Origin: Escherichia phage pEC-M719-6WT.2
Reading direction: 5' to 3' (one strand)
Sequence record: OQ845958.1
Length of the DNA stretch: 64,000 nucleotides
Below the pieces are notes generated by a model. It worked only from the letters and a program-made list of their open reading frames with translations. It had not been told where the DNA came from and searched no databases. A program made the translations under genes and the position numbers. This document shows positions 34,156-45,671 of the stretch, in pieces. Within the stretch, counting starts at the first letter, position 1. Each line of letters opens with the position of its first letter.

Positions 34156-35024
34156 TATACCGGTACTCCGATTGTTTGGGCGGAAATTACTTTAATAGCG
34201 AGCTTCATGGCAGTGGGTGAGCTTATAGCCGCCTGTATGATGTCCTGGTTATCAATTCTAAAATCGATAGCATATATCTCATCATCGTCGTTAGCTTGTC
34301 CACGTCTGATTACAGCGTATTCTGTGCTATATACCTTGCGGTCCTTAAGGTCGATGTAAAGTAACATTTCTGATGCTTTGTATTTAGTTTCGTCTGTTGA
34401 AATAGCCGTAAGCATCAATTTGATAGTTTTATAATCTGCGCGGTAAGCGATTGGAATATCACGAACAACCGAGCTCATATTGTATGTTTTGTCGAGCAAT
34501 ACAGATTGGTTACCAAACATACTTTCAATTTTGTAGTCCCAGGTCCCTACGCCGTTAGCATCGTCAATACACCACAATGTAATTTTTGTATAAGGCTGAG
34601 TAAATTTCATTTTGTTCGTTGCAGCGGTCAGGAATGAATCCGTGCCTTGTAGTTCAACTTCCAGAGGCATCGAGGTGGATAATGAACCATTGGAGTTAAT
34701 AAAGATAACACCTTCGCCTGCTTTACCTTTTGCAATTCTTGCGGTGATAACACCTTCGGCAGTATTGACATCACGCATAGAACCGAGAGCAACAGTTGAG
34801 TTCCATTCGATGATATTTGTAGCTTTTTGATAGTACCCAGTCGCATGAAGGACCTGGGTGTTTTCTCCATTGTTCACAGAGTACAGACGCTGGTCGCCAA
34901 ATGTATTATACAAACTGTCTAAATCCACGTTCAGTTTACGACCGCCTTCATATAGAATATCACCGGTGCTGGCGTTACCAATCTCGCCGATGTCTACTAA
35001 TAATTTTGGGGTTTGATTAATCAT
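34155..35024 (-). CDS. 9: Baseplate protein gp9 (long-fiber socket)
   Basis: 289 aa (T4 288 aa); position. Confidence 0.85.
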   Translation of the reverse strand: MINQTPKLLVDIGEIGNASTGDILYEGGRKLNVDLDSLYNTFGDQRLYSVNNGENTQVLHATGYYQKATNIIEWNSTVALGSMRDVNTAEGVITARIAKGKAGEGVIFINSNGSLSTSMPLEVELQGTDSFLTAATNKMKFTQPYTKITLWCIDDANGVGTWDYKIESMFGNQSVLLDKTYNMSSVVRDIPIAYRADYKTIKLMLTAISTDETKYKASEMLLYIDLKDRKVYSTEYAVIRRGQANDDDEIYAIDFRIDNQDIIQAAISSPTAMKLAIKVISAQTIGVPV

Positions 35025-35051
35025 AGGTAAGCCTCGTTATTGATATAGCTA

Positions 35052-35059
35052 TATTTATA
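35052..35059 (-). promoter_or_regulatory. Late promoter (TATAAATA) for gene 9
   Basis: Plus-strand TATTTATA 28 nt upstream of the gp9 ATG. Confidence 0.55.
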
Positions 35060-35062
35060 GAA

Positions 35063-35090
35063 TAAAAAAGGGACCCGAAGGTCCCTAGTT
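35063..35090 (-). terminator. Rho-independent terminator after gene 8
   Basis: Minus strand reads GGGACCttcgGGTCCCTTTTTT. Confidence 0.65.
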
Positions 35091-36093
35091 AGAATTCAAA
35101 AATAATGTTAACTTCTTCTGTCTGGTCCATTGCACGAATAATTGGTGGGCGGTTTTCCATATAAATCATTTCCCCAGAATGACGGTCCAAATCAATTGCA
35201 TCGTAGTATTCTTTGATTGCTTTGACATTTGGGTCATTAGGATGTACTTTAACTTCAAGTGGGTTGGATATAATCGACAGCTGTCGGAAGCCTTTGTTTC
35301 CCGGGAGACTGAATTCTGGGAAGTAAATGGAATCCATAAATGCTTTAAATCTGATTGTATATCCTTTGATTCTATATATTAAACCGAAATCATCTTGTTG
35401 CCAGCTGATATTGTCTTTGTAACCCCAACGTGACGGGTCTTCTTCGATTTCTTCAGGCCATGGAACAACAATATATTCGTTAGTACAGCGGTTGATGGAT
35501 ACATCAGGCGGAATCTCATACAAATATTCCCAGAGATAACCATCGCCCATATCAACTCGTCCTTCAGTGTCGCCAGTCCCTGCTGGAGCTCTCGTCGAGT
35601 TATATTCTGCCGTCCATTTACCACCGAGTTTTAAGCACTCTTCTTTATTGATAATGGAATAAATGGAGCAAGTCCCAACATCAGGAACATCTACACAACG
35701 ATAAACCATCCAACCTTTACCAACATCAGTTCGGTTATATGGAGCACTGTTAGCTACAACAATTTCCCCTACCTGGAAGTTAAGCGGATTAGGATATCTG
35801 ATATCGCCCCAGTCTTTACGTGGGACAACACAATCAAGCATTGATTTATAAACTTTGACTGCCCCCATCATATTGGTCCAAGTATCTTCAACACCTTGTG
35901 CTGTATCAACTGGATAAGGAGGGGCGAACCCCGGGTCATTCTCATTCGAAGCCCAAGGTTCAGCACGACCGAATGTTACATACATCGTATTCTGGTCGGG
36001 CTCGTTACCAATCATTTTATAAAAGTTATACATTTTTTCAGTTCGAAATTTCGAGGTAATTATCGAACGATAAACTACAGATGAATTATTCAT
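35089..36093 (-). CDS. 8: Baseplate wedge protein gp8
   Basis: 334 aa, same length as T4 gp8; position. Confidence 0.85.
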   Translation of the reverse strand: MNNSSVVYRSIITSKFRTEKMYNFYKMIGNEPDQNTMYVTFGRAEPWASNENDPGFAPPYPVDTAQGVEDTWTNMMGAVKVYKSMLDCVVPRKDWGDIRYPNPLNFQVGEIVVANSAPYNRTDVGKGWMVYRCVDVPDVGTCSIYSIINKEECLKLGGKWTAEYNSTRAPAGTGDTEGRVDMGDGYLWEYLYEIPPDVSINRCTNEYIVVPWPEEIEEDPSRWGYKDNISWQQDDFGLIYRIKGYTIRFKAFMDSIYFPEFSLPGNKGFRQLSIISNPLEVKVHPNDPNVKAIKEYYDAIDLDRHSGEMIYMENRPPIIRAMDQTEEVNIIFEF

Positions 36094-39000
36094 TTACCTT
36101 TACCTGTGTTGGGTCTTTCGGGTCGCGTGGATTACCAATATCATCCTTAAGACGTTGATTAACCAAATTGCGCCAGTTAGCAAAAGTCACGGCAGACTGG
36201 TCAAACAATGGACTGTATTTTTTACGACGTTCAGACGGGAGAGTCCCATGAAAATCTGAAAAATCGTTTTCGGCATCATAATCTGCTGGTAATGGGAATG
36301 GTAAACCTGCATTAGGAGCAATATTATATACCGCTTCACCTGTAACAGGGCTACGCTCAATGTTTCCATCGGCCCCAATAACTGCGATACGGTCGCACCA
36401 TTCTGACGGAATACCTGACGACCAACGATAGTTGTTCAGTTTATTGATAATAGTTTCGGTATGTTTTAATGACAGACCAGCATTAACAAACATTGTCAAT
36501 AATGTAATTCCAACGAATCCAAATCCAACCGGATGAACAAATCGCAATACGTCATTACGATAACGAGATGTTGGGAGACTTGATTTAATGGTCATTACAT
36601 AGTAAGAACGATTTCGGTTGATATAATCGATGTTGTTGCTAAGTAATTCTTTCCCACGAACACCCTGAACAATCATACCTTCAAAGGAAGTCCTTTCGGA
36701 TTTAATTTCTTGCCCAACAATAAAGCGACCAAGTAAGTTATGAATCGTGATACGCCATCTCAATTTCCCCTGTTTGTAGTCACGTTCCATATAAGTAACG
36801 TTACTGCGACCAGTTGGTGTGTAAATTGTTTGTCCAACAATATCTTCGCTGATGTTATCAGATTCGACGATTATATCATACTCGGTTCCGTTCTTGGATT
36901 CAATATCGATTTCAACGTCTTCATTATATAACAATTTGAACAAAAACTTATAGGATGCTTCAGTACCCTTAGTGGACCAAAAATCAGACTGTCTTGCTTC
37001 AAAGAAACGAACTACTTCGTCGCGCTTGGTCTTTGACAAATATATGTTTCTTTTGTACATTTCGCTCCAAAGGTATTCCCATGCATCTTCCTCGCGCGGG
37101 TACTGGTTGCGAATTAAGTTCAAAAGGTTGTTATAATAGGTGCCAGAGCCATCACTGATAAACTGTAAATAATATTCACAGAATTTTTCGAAGTTGCTAT
37201 CCTGGAGCAAATAACTATCCGGAACCATCTTTGTTAAAAGAGGACGCAAGTCTGGGTCTTTCTCTTGTTCGTCATTATCTGGGGTCCATGGAATATCATG
37301 TTCCTGGTTCTGTAATTCTGCAGTGAACATAACTTCTTTCGGTTTCCAGATTAATCTAACTTCATCACGTCTACGATAGTCAAATTCAAAATAGCCAATA
37401 AGCTCTCCAGTATTTTTGTGTAACATAATACCCGAGGCGTATTTTTTAAAGCCATTGAATTCGATGTTAGGAGAAGTAACTTTTACTTGACCTTTATTCC
37501 AGTATTCGTGTACAATACGTTCAGGCGATGAACCACCAAAGGTATCGATAATCTTTTGATATAGCATGTCATTATATACAACCAGAGCTCTGTCTGATGT
37601 GGTAATCCAACAACGAGTATCATCACGACGAGACCAGTTAAAGAACGGTTCAGCGTAATATGACATACGACCAGGTTTAAACTCTTCCCAACCTGAATCT
37701 TTATTCGACCTAAAACTCATCATCAAATAATGCTTGTCATGTATCCATTGTTCGTCATACACATATTTGACTGCTTCATTAACTTCTTCAGGATACTTAG
37801 CAGGGAGTTCAGTATCCGGCTCTACGGAATAACGGAAGTTACTTGAACTGATAAAAAGTTCAATTCCGTCGGTTGACATGCTTGTGTAACCATGTTCAAT
37901 ACGTCGACGTTCATCCTCTGTGTTACCAAAAACTCGTGTCCATGTATCGGTGTCAGCATTTAATTTATAAACGCCCTTTGATAATGAATCGACAACGTTT
38001 TCAGGTTTAGTCGGGTCTTGTCGCTCTTCTTTTACTTCACCCGTGATTAATGCAAATACTTCACCATCAATTGCATCCATCTTATAACAAACAGCTTTGG
38101 GGTTACCACTTATTGTGCTATATCCAGCTTCAAATAATTTTTCACCGAATGTTGGGGAGTTGGGGTCGTTATCAATTGGAGCATCAGAAGATTTAGCTTT
38201 GTACACACGGTCGCGCCCGGCAACGTAAATCATGGAATCGGTCGTAGTGATTGCTTCAGCAATTGTCGAGATATAAGCAGGAAGTCTTGCGTATGTGCCA
38301 AATATTTCAATATCAAATCCAAGATTGATATCCGAACCAATTTTTGCAAATGTTATGTCCTGAGAACTGAATCGAACATCATCAGCAGACCATCTTATGT
38401 CACTTGATTTGCGACCGTAAAAAATTCGGTCATACCCGAGTACATAAGTTGTTGTATCTGATTGATAATAAATTGTGCGCGATACTGGGTTACCGATACG
38501 GTCATTAAACAATTTTACATAATACCAGTTCTGCCCTTTATCATTGGAGACTTTGACAGTTGTCTGGAATCGTTCAAACAAATACAGTACGCCACCGAGT
38601 TCAGCAATCATTGTACGATTAACATCGTTACATACCGGCTGAATGCTACCCTGGATTTCGTGGTATTGGTCTTCTTTTAATACATAGTTTGAAATTGAAG
38701 ACAAATGAGAATACGCAGGAGTAAAGCTAAAATCTTCAGACATCAGCGATGCCATAATTGCATCATTATTAAAGTTGATATAAGCTTGGTTATTGTTTGT
38801 AAATTTTTCTTCGATGAATTTATTTGTTAATGTAAATTCACGCATGTGCTCAAATGTGTATGCGTTAGTTGCAAAGGTTTCAAATTCTTCGGTATAAACC
38901 CAATCAGATTGTTCAAAACCCATTGCTGCAACAGCAACACGCATTTTGTAAAATGATACTGGACGAATAAAATCTTGTTCGAACCATTCATTGTCTGGAG

Positions 39001-39184
39001 TATAACCTAAATTCCTCCATAACAGATTTTCTTCTGGAATAGCAACACCATTTTCTTTTGTCGTAGCAATCTCAACAAAATAATAAAAGTTGGCGCCAAC
39101 ATTATCCCATTTTATGCTAACCTGGTTAGCAGATAGTTTATCAATCCGTAAGCTGGTTACATAAGGGGCTTTAACACTCATCAT
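36086..39184 (-). CDS. 7: Baseplate wedge initiator gp7
   Basis: Strong match to T4 gp7 from MMSVKAP onward; start set to ATG 39184 with AAGGAAA RBS; the track ORF has a 31-codon N-terminal extension. Confidence 0.95.
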   Translation of the reverse strand: MMSVKAPYVTSLRIDKLSANQVSIKWDNVGANFYYFVEIATTKENGVAIPEENLLWRNLGYTPDNEWFEQDFIRPVSFYKMRVAVAAMGFEQSDWVYTEEFETFATNAYTFEHMREFTLTNKFIEEKFTNNNQAYINFNNDAIMASLMSEDFSFTPAYSHLSSISNYVLKEDQYHEIQGSIQPVCNDVNRTMIAELGGVLYLFERFQTTVKVSNDKGQNWYYVKLFNDRIGNPVSRTIYYQSDTTTYVLGYDRIFYGRKSSDIRWSADDVRFSSQDITFAKIGSDINLGFDIEIFGTYARLPAYISTIAEAITTTDSMIYVAGRDRVYKAKSSDAPIDNDPNSPTFGEKLFEAGYSTISGNPKAVCYKMDAIDGEVFALITGEVKEERQDPTKPENVVDSLSKGVYKLNADTDTWTRVFGNTEDERRRIEHGYTSMSTDGIELFISSSNFRYSVEPDTELPAKYPEEVNEAVKYVYDEQWIHDKHYLMMSFRSNKDSGWEEFKPGRMSYYAEPFFNWSRRDDTRCWITTSDRALVVYNDMLYQKIIDTFGGSSPERIVHEYWNKGQVKVTSPNIEFNGFKKYASGIMLHKNTGELIGYFEFDYRRRDEVRLIWKPKEVMFTAELQNQEHDIPWTPDNDEQEKDPDLRPLLTKMVPDSYLLQDSNFEKFCEYYLQFISDGSGTYYNNLLNLIRNQYPREEDAWEYLWSEMYKRNIYLSKTKRDEVVRFFEARQSDFWSTKGTEASYKFLFKLLYNEDVEIDIESKNGTEYDIIVESDNISEDIVGQTIYTPTGRSNVTYMERDYKQGKLRWRITIHNLLGRFIVGQEIKSERTSFEGMIVQGVRGKELLSNNIDYINRNRSYYVMTIKSSLPTSRYRNDVLRFVHPVGFGFVGITLLTMFVNAGLSLKHTETIINKLNNYRWSSGIPSEWCDRIAVIGADGNIERSPVTGEAVYNIAPNAGLPFPLPADYDAENDFSDFHGTLPSERRKKYSPLFDQSAVTFANWRNLVNQRLKDDIGNPRDPKDPTQVKVNE

Positions 39185-39189
39185 GGTTT

Positions 39190-39215
39190 CCTTAAAAAGC
39201 CTCCGAAGAGGCTTA
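39190..39215 (-). terminator. Hairpin (possible attenuator/terminator) at the gene 6 / gene 7 junction
   Basis: AAGCCTCttcgGAGGCTT hairpin overlapping the gp6 stop, followed by a T-run. Confidence 0.4.
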
Positions 39216-41159
39216 TAGTGTAATCGGTTCAAGGTCAATCTTTGTATATTGCGGACGAAGGTCATTCTCAAATACAATCAGTGAACCATCTTGCGTGTAT
39301 ATATTATCTTGGTTGGGACTTGCATAAAGTTCGATTGATTGAACTTCAAAGCGCTCGGATGTCAATCCAATCGCGGCGATATCCCAAAAAATATAGTCAG
39401 AGTAATAGTCAATTTCGCCAATTGCGTAATAAACTGTTTGGTCAGCCGGAGCTTCCATTTTATTAAAGTCATCTTGTAGGTAAGGCTGGATGTTTACGTT
39501 TTCGATAACATCACCCGGACGGAATGGACCAATTACCATTTTGCCATCACCACGAGAATCTTTATCAGTTGCAACAATGCGAACGTTATAGGCTTCACCC
39601 GTAGTCGGAACAAATTCAAATTCGCTTGATTCGACTGAACGGTTGCCATACTGGTTATAGTATTTAATGCCGGATTCCGGAGTCTTAAAGAAGTTCAGGA
39701 CCTCACGCACCATCGAAATGGTTGCAGACGAACCAAGAATACTATGGTCGGTATTATCCACATATGTAAGCATTTTTGACTTAGCAAAACTTCTGTTAAA
39801 GATTTCAACTTCATCGATATAATAACGGTCAATCTGATTAATGATTTGTGCTTGCAACCATTGTTCAGATTCTTGTAATTTGTTCAGCGCATAAGACACT
39901 TTGATATTATGTTTAAGGAACAAATAATCCGGAGAAATTACCGATGGTGTAATTGTTGATACGTTGAACTCGCTAAGGTAGTTCTGGATATCCTCACGCT
40001 GCACTGCAGTGAGATATAAGCCCGATTTAGGCTTAACTGATATAAACGCATACCCTGGTTTATTAGCGTCTGTAAACGTCTGTACGGCTTGCACGATTGA
40101 GCCAAATCTTTCGGATACGAAGGTATCATAATCCGTTCCGGTGACAGCACGCATCTGCGCTTCACGTTTAACAACAGCCAGTTCACGGATACGTTCGATA
40201 TCTTCTGGGTCACCACCACCATCAGCACCGACATAATCAGGGTCGTTATTATAGTTTTCGGTAATTTTATCCACTGTAATATAAGACAAAGTATCAGCAT
40301 AACTAAAATCAACAGCGCCGTTTGCATCTGCCCCGGAAGTACGAAGATACTCAATAACAATTGTTGAATCTTGCACAGGTTTAAGACCGCCAATATAGTT
40401 GGCTTCCATAACGCCACCGGCCACAGATTTAGTGGATTCACCTTCACCGAAGAAAAATTCGGTATAGCCATCAATTGTTTCACGCATATAAAATATGGTG
40501 GAAGTCGAACCAGCATGAACCATTGATTTGTTCGTCCAGTCATCCCACTCAACACCATTCACATATAACTTAACTTCTTTGCGGTCAATATCCGGGTCGC
40601 GGATAAGAATAGGTTGTTTCGGGTCATATAAAAGTTCCGTACGAATAATACGACCCTGTGCCAGAGATACAATCGGAAGGTATTGGTTGTTAATATCTTT
40701 AACCGCGATAACGTTTTCCGTGGTAACAAAAACATAAGGGTCAGCTGATGTATCACGAGCATAAGCCAGGAATTTAGTTCCTCGTGGGATTTCAATATTC
40801 GATGGTTGCAGAGCATGAGAACATGTCAACATAACCGAAGTCTTTGCAGCCGAGCGAGAAGATGGAAGATAACCATTATCCTGTGCAGCCTGAACAACTG
40901 AAGACCTTAAGTTTGCAGTTCCGATAAATGATTCGTAAACCGCCGTGTTAGCAAACTGCTGCATATACAATGTATTATATGCAAGCATATCAATCAGGAT
41001 ATTCATTCGCGAACCTACGAAATCATAATCCTTAAATTCATCCTGGCTTGATAACCAGTCGATGATATTCTTTTTAATTTCTTCAAACGTAGCTCCCACA
41101 AATACTTTTGGGATAGCGTTAACGGTTCTTGTTAATTGGTAATTCGTAGGAGTAGCCAT
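39213..41159 (-). CDS. 6: Baseplate wedge protein gp6
   Basis: 648 aa (T4 660 aa); position between 5.4 and 7. Confidence 0.85.
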   Translation of the reverse strand: MATPTNYQLTRTVNAIPKVFVGATFEEIKKNIIDWLSSQDEFKDYDFVGSRMNILIDMLAYNTLYMQQFANTAVYESFIGTANLRSSVVQAAQDNGYLPSSRSAAKTSVMLTCSHALQPSNIEIPRGTKFLAYARDTSADPYVFVTTENVIAVKDINNQYLPIVSLAQGRIIRTELLYDPKQPILIRDPDIDRKEVKLYVNGVEWDDWTNKSMVHAGSTSTIFYMRETIDGYTEFFFGEGESTKSVAGGVMEANYIGGLKPVQDSTIVIEYLRTSGADANGAVDFSYADTLSYITVDKITENYNNDPDYVGADGGGDPEDIERIRELAVVKREAQMRAVTGTDYDTFVSERFGSIVQAVQTFTDANKPGYAFISVKPKSGLYLTAVQREDIQNYLSEFNVSTITPSVISPDYLFLKHNIKVSYALNKLQESEQWLQAQIINQIDRYYIDEVEIFNRSFAKSKMLTYVDNTDHSILGSSATISMVREVLNFFKTPESGIKYYNQYGNRSVESSEFEFVPTTGEAYNVRIVATDKDSRGDGKMVIGPFRPGDVIENVNIQPYLQDDFNKMEAPADQTVYYAIGEIDYYSDYIFWDIAAIGLTSERFEVQSIELYASPNQDNIYTQDGSLIVFENDLRPQYTKIDLEPITL

Positions 41160-41167
41160 TTTATTTC

Positions 41168-41461
41168 CTATTTTATAAAGACTTTTGATGAGGCTTGAGC
41201 CACAGTATCACCACATGAAATCGGGTCTGCCATTTGAACAGCTTTCTTACCGGTAACGAATACCTTTGATGTACGCGGTTGTGTTACTCCGCCGTGGGTT
41301 TCATATGGTTTTTTAATTTCGGTATGCTCGGTAATAGGGTCTCCGGCAACTAATACTGGAATTCCCCCGGTGAATACTTTACCTTGAGTTGCATTAATTA
41401 CAGTCGGCGGCCATGCTTCGTGGCCTGCTGTAACACATTGATTAAAACTTAATCCAGCCAT
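41168..41461 (-). CDS. 5.4: PAAR-repeat tip protein of the central spike, gp5.4
   Basis: 97 aa, same size as T4 gp5.4; Gly/Val-rich; position after gene 5. Confidence 0.75.
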   Translation of the reverse strand: MAGLSFNQCVTAGHEAWPPTVINATQGKVFTGGIPVLVAGDPITEHTEIKKPYETHGGVTQPRTSKVFVTGKKAVQMADPISCGDTVAQASSKVFIK

Positions 41462-41958
41462 TAATCCCTCGCGTATACGTATGAACGCAATTTATCGGCC
41501 CATCTTGACCAGTTGCCAACGATAGTTTTTGTGTAAACTTTTGTCATTGTCTTTCTTACTGGAGCAGGAGGTGGGTCGGTCTCATTACCTGTACGGCTAT
41601 TACTGCCACCAGAGTTCCCTGTGTCTCCACCAGAGCTCTCTTCTTGAAAATCATAGGTTAGGGTTACCGTGTATGAAAAGACCTTCTGGAGGCTCGATGG
41701 GGCCCTCCAGAGATACAATTGAGTACTCTTATCGGTAGGAAGGTCTTCCCATGAACCAGCAGTTTTAAATTCGTCATTAAGCCGATATTTAAGTGCATCA
41801 TCTGCAAATCCGAACACGGATTCATAAACACCATAAAGATGATTTCCCTCAACATTAACGCCAGGGGTGACCTCATATTCAGTTATATTTATTTCGACTA
41901 ATGTTTCGTTTGTTTCTAATTGAGCTGTAAACGTAACATCGATTGAGGCTCCTTCCAT
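41461..41958 (-). CDS. 5.1: Hypothetical protein in the gp5.1 position
   Basis: Track ORF 41461-42042; start moved to internal ATG with AGGAG RBS (MEGASIDV) to avoid overlap with gp5. Confidence 0.5.
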   Translation of the reverse strand: MEGASIDVTFTAQLETNETLVEINITEYEVTPGVNVEGNHLYGVYESVFGFADDALKYRLNDEFKTAGSWEDLPTDKSTQLYLWRAPSSLQKVFSYTVTLTYDFQEESSGGDTGNSGGSNSRTGNETDPPPAPVRKTMTKVYTKTIVGNWSRWADKLRSYVYARD

Positions 41959-41992
41959 GGAGTCTCCTAGGTCAGTGCTCATCGGAAGTATA

Positions 41993-43735
41993 TTAGCCAA
42001 TGTCAATCCTCGAACCATCAATAGTATATTGACCAGATGCAATAGAACTCATTGAAGCCATAGTCTCGGACCAATCACCTGCACAAGTCCAAGATACGGT
42101 ACCATTTACAGTCCAGTTTAAATTACCATTAGTCGTGCGAGTTTCATTACCTTCTACTAAGGTAGTCGCATCACCCTTAACAGTAACATCAGCGTTTCCT
42201 TCAACAATAACAGTAACGTTGCCTTTAACTCTGAGTGTTCCATTACCTTCTACAGTTTTCTCTTCGTTACCACGAATATGGATGGTTTCGTTTCCATCGG
42301 TCTGACGACGAACGTTAGCCATATTGTAATAGGTTTCATCACCACCTATATTGACTTTATTATTCCCACCCACGTAAGTGCTCGAATCACCCTGGGTCAT
42401 ATAATAGCCATCGGCTACCGTCTTCGAAGTCTTACGACCATCTGGTGCAACTTCCTCATAAGAACCAGTCGGATGAATCAGTCGATAACGTTCTTGTCCT
42501 GGAGTGTTATCGAATTCCTGAATATGTCCGCCTTCGGTTTGCATTGTCTGCACATAAGGATATTCACCTTTGTAACTTGATTCTGGCTCTTTAAATAGAA
42601 TCCTCGTATCTTCTGGAGTCCACGGGTCGGCCGGGTCAGAATTTGTAGGGGCCGCAAAGGTTTGAATCATCCTATATGAACGCCCTTTAAATTCCATTTC
42701 TTTAGGGGCCATAATACCATATGATTCCATATTACCAGTAAGGATAATCATTGATACCCTTGATGCACGCCCTTTAGTTTGGTTAAACCATACTGAATTA
42801 CGAGCTTCCTCAAATGCCTTTTTATAATCGCCTATTAACATTGCACTAAGCATTCCACGGAATTTAGCAAGTCCACCTAATCCCATTTGGAAAGCCATGT
42901 TTTCAAGAGCCATTTGTCTTGAACGGTTTTCTTTATTGTAAACCGGACCTACAACACTATGTCTACCTATATCATTTTGGACTTTTTTAAGGTCTTCTTG
43001 GAATAACTTAGAAGCCTCGTCCATTGATATTGCACCAGGGTTACCTTTAACTTCACGGCCTATTTGATTAGATAATATTTTGTTTATCTGATTCATATCT
43101 CTAATAGGTTGTGGTGTAATTAAGTGTCCTATACCTATAGTAGGATAACCTTCAGTGTCCCAATATACTTTCAGACGAAGACCTTCATCACGGTGAAGCA
43201 TATTTTCAATTGTGAAATTAGGATTATCATCTGGCTTAACTTGACTCAAATCAAGGCCATCAGGGTTAATACCCAAATCAAGGTTTGCATCCTGAATTAC
43301 GTTTGAAGTGTCATCATAACCGACCTCACCGCCTCGGTTAAGCGCAGCAGCATCATTGCCCACATAAAGCGGATATTGCCCTGTGGGGTCGCTAAAACCT
43401 TCTGTTGTGTTTGCCTTCTGTCTTGATGCTGAGCCATATGTACCAAGGACTAATCCATTGAGCTTCCACTTGTCCAAAAAGTGACCATATACTTGAGTCC
43501 CTGGTACCATACCAGTCATGGCAGTTTGAATACCGGAAACCGATGCAGATGATGTTGGCATCAATACGGACATCCATGGCAGGTCTTCAGTTCTGATACC
43601 TTTTACCGGCCCTTGTGATTTCTCATATGGATGCATACCCCATACCCGGACGCGAACACGACCTTGTTGAAGTGGGTCCATTCGGTCTTCGACAACACCG
43701 ACGAACCAACTTACACTATCTGACATATTAATCAT
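41993..43735 (-). CDS. 5: Baseplate central spike / tail lysozyme gp5
   Basis: 580 aa; T4-lysozyme-like domain (LRLKVYWDTEGYPTIGIGHLI) and C-terminal beta-helix repeats. Confidence 0.95.
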   Translation of the reverse strand: MINMSDSVSWFVGVVEDRMDPLQQGRVRVRVWGMHPYEKSQGPVKGIRTEDLPWMSVLMPTSSASVSGIQTAMTGMVPGTQVYGHFLDKWKLNGLVLGTYGSASRQKANTTEGFSDPTGQYPLYVGNDAAALNRGGEVGYDDTSNVIQDANLDLGINPDGLDLSQVKPDDNPNFTIENMLHRDEGLRLKVYWDTEGYPTIGIGHLITPQPIRDMNQINKILSNQIGREVKGNPGAISMDEASKLFQEDLKKVQNDIGRHSVVGPVYNKENRSRQMALENMAFQMGLGGLAKFRGMLSAMLIGDYKKAFEEARNSVWFNQTKGRASRVSMIILTGNMESYGIMAPKEMEFKGRSYRMIQTFAAPTNSDPADPWTPEDTRILFKEPESSYKGEYPYVQTMQTEGGHIQEFDNTPGQERYRLIHPTGSYEEVAPDGRKTSKTVADGYYMTQGDSSTYVGGNNKVNIGGDETYYNMANVRRQTDGNETIHIRGNEEKTVEGNGTLRVKGNVTVIVEGNADVTVKGDATTLVEGNETRTTNGNLNWTVNGTVSWTCAGDWSETMASMSSIASGQYTIDGSRIDIG

Positions 43736-44334
43736 AGCGCCTTCTCCATCTCGCGGATTAATGCCGAAATAAATGATTCGATATCATTAGGGTCGATTAT
43801 CTTTATTTCTCGTTTATATTCATTTTTGCGAATAGCATCTTCGTAGATATCCACTGCAGCTAATGGGCCTTCATACTGTGGGTATAATTTGTTCTTATCA
43901 CCTTTATCATACCATGTGTATGGATTATCAGGATAAGAAACAAGATTCCAGAATTTTTCACCATCTTCATTTACATGATAAAGAACTTGATTACCACCTA
44001 TATTCGAATAGCGTTGAATTGATGCCTGATACGATGATTCTTGTGAACATATCCAACCATAATACGGGTCATAGATATTATTAAGCATAAGGAGAACCCA
44101 ATAGAGTTGAGTATTACCATAGAGCTGATATGCAAGTTCTTCAGGTCTCGGAGCTCCGGCGATGTAATATGTTTTCGGTGTATAATTAACCGCAACCTTA
44201 TCAAAATACGCACGATAGTTTCTGAAGATGTCAGTCATTGGGATGCTTAAGACATCTTCTTTCGTTAATGATGCCGAGTTTTTTCTGATTGTTTTAGCAT
44301 CATAATCAATTGGGTTAAAAAATGAAAAAAGCAT
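43732..44334 (-). CDS. 53: Baseplate wedge protein gp53
   Basis: Matches T4 gp53 (IPMTDIFRNY, PRPEELA, QLYWVLLM, DPYYGW, DNPY.WYDKGDK); start set to internal ATG (MLFSFFNP). Confidence 0.9.
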   Translation of the reverse strand: MLFSFFNPIDYDAKTIRKNSASLTKEDVLSIPMTDIFRNYRAYFDKVAVNYTPKTYYIAGAPRPEELAYQLYGNTQLYWVLLMLNNIYDPYYGWICSQESSYQASIQRYSNIGGNQVLYHVNEDGEKFWNLVSYPDNPYTWYDKGDKNKLYPQYEGPLAAVDIYEDAIRKNEYKREIKIIDPNDIESFISALIREMEKAL

Positions 44335-44342
44335 AAAGCCTC

Positions 44343-44375
44343 CATTTATAAATAAGTATATCAATATTTATTAGG
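44343..44375. promoter_or_regulatory. Divergent late-promoter region (TATAAATA for gene 4; near-consensus on the opposite strand for gene 53)
   Basis: CATTTATAAATAAG: plus-strand TATAAATA 44347-44354 lies 29 nt before the gp4 ATG. Confidence 0.55.
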
Positions 44376-44382
44376 AGGCTAT

Positions 44383-44832
44383 ATGGCATACTCCGGGAAA
44401 TTTAAGCCCACTAATATAGAAAAATATAAGGGCGACTGGAAGAAAATACAATACCGGTCAAGCTGGGAGGCTTGGTTGATGAGATGGCTCGACAACCATC
44501 CGAACGTTGTTCAATGGGGCTCTGAGACTGTGATTATTCCATACTTCTGCAATGCTGAAGGGAAAAAGCGCAGATATTATATGGATTTCTGGGTTAAGTT
44601 CGATACGGGACAACAGTTCTTTTTCGAAGTTAAGCCATTAAAAGAAACAAGACCTCCAGCCAAGCCAGTTAATAATACAGCCGCGAGTAAAAAGAGATTT
44701 ATTAACGAGATGTACACCTGGAGCGTTAACTCTGACAAATGGAAAGCTGCGCAAGCTACCGCTGATAAAATGGGCATAACGTTCAGGATAATCACTGAAA
44801 ACTCACTGAAAAAATTAGGATGGAAAGGATGA
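44383..44832 (+). CDS. 4: Head completion protein gp4
   Basis: 149 aa; strong match to T4 gp4 ([41 protein letters not shown]). Confidence 0.95.
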   Translation: MAYSGKFKPTNIEKYKGDWKKIQYRSSWEAWLMRWLDNHPNVVQWGSETVIIPYFCNAEGKKRRYYMDFWVKFDTGQQFFFEVKPLKETRPPAKPVNNTAASKKRFINEMYTWSVNSDKWKAAQATADKMGITFRIITENSLKKLGWKG

Positions 44833-45653
44833 GTATTTTTACATTTATCAATGAATCTGCAGATAAACCAGGTCCGAAACCCAGTAAATCAGAACAACAA
44901 TGGGTTGAGATAGGGGTTGAATTTTATACAGCAAAAGAAAAAGGAATGACCTCGAAGAAGTTTGCTGAAGAGAAAGGAATCAACTATTCGACCTTTACCA
45001 AAAGCATGTCGAGATATCATTCAAGAATTCAGACTGCTTATAAAGTATCCAAGCTCAAAAAGAAACCTGCTGGTAAACTTACGAAGGCTGAACGCCAGCT
45101 GATAATGGTGAATAGCTTTAGGAAGAGCATAAGAGATAAGATTGCTAACGAAGGCGCTGCAAGCAACACCAAATCCGCCAGATGGTTCGCAGAGACAATT
45201 AAGAAATCAGTTCGTGGCCACGTAACGGCTAAACCTCAACCAGGTAAACTTTATGCTTATATCTATGATGCAAAGCATAAGGATACTCTTCCGTACTGGG
45301 ACAAATATCCGTTAATCATTTATCTTGGGCTAGGTAAGCACAATTTGATGTATGGTTTGAACTTGCACTATATTCCACCGAAGGCACGTCAAGAGTTCCT
45401 TGAGGAACTTCTTAAGCAATATGCCAATACTCCTACGATTACAAACAAGACTCATCTGAAGATTGATTGGTCAAAGGTGAAGGGATTTAAAGGGGCTGAC
45501 CAGATGATTAAAGCATATATACCCGGCAATATAAAAGGTACTATCACTGAAATCAAGCCCAGCGACTGGGCAAACGTTGTTATGCTTCCGTTGCAACAAT
45601 TTATGTCGAAAGGCAAAAGATTCTCTTCCCAGAAAGTATGGAGAAATTCATAA
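44820..45653 (+). CDS. 2: DNA end protector protein gp2
   Basis: 277 aa (T4 gp2 274 aa); position between 4 and 3. Confidence 0.8.
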   Translation: MERMSIFTFINESADKPGPKPSKSEQQWVEIGVEFYTAKEKGMTSKKFAEEKGINYSTFTKSMSRYHSRIQTAYKVSKLKKKPAGKLTKAERQLIMVNSFRKSIRDKIANEGAASNTKSARWFAETIKKSVRGHVTAKPQPGKLYAYIYDAKHKDTLPYWDKYPLIIYLGLGKHNLMYGLNLHYIPPKARQEFLEELLKQYANTPTITNKTHLKIDWSKVKGFKGADQMIKAYIPGNIKGTITEIKPSDWANVVMLPLQQFMSKGKRFSSQKVWRNS

Positions 45654-45671
45654 TCTATTATCGGTCAGTGT

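Noticed and set aside
36086-39277. 31-codon N-terminal extension of gp7 in the track
   Set aside because: T4 gp7 begins MMSVKAP; the ATG at 39184 has an AAGGAAA RBS and the extension would run through the gp6 terminator hairpin.
39938-40558. 206 aa minus-strand ORF
   Set aside because: Alternative frame fully inside gene 6; hydrophobic low-complexity translation.
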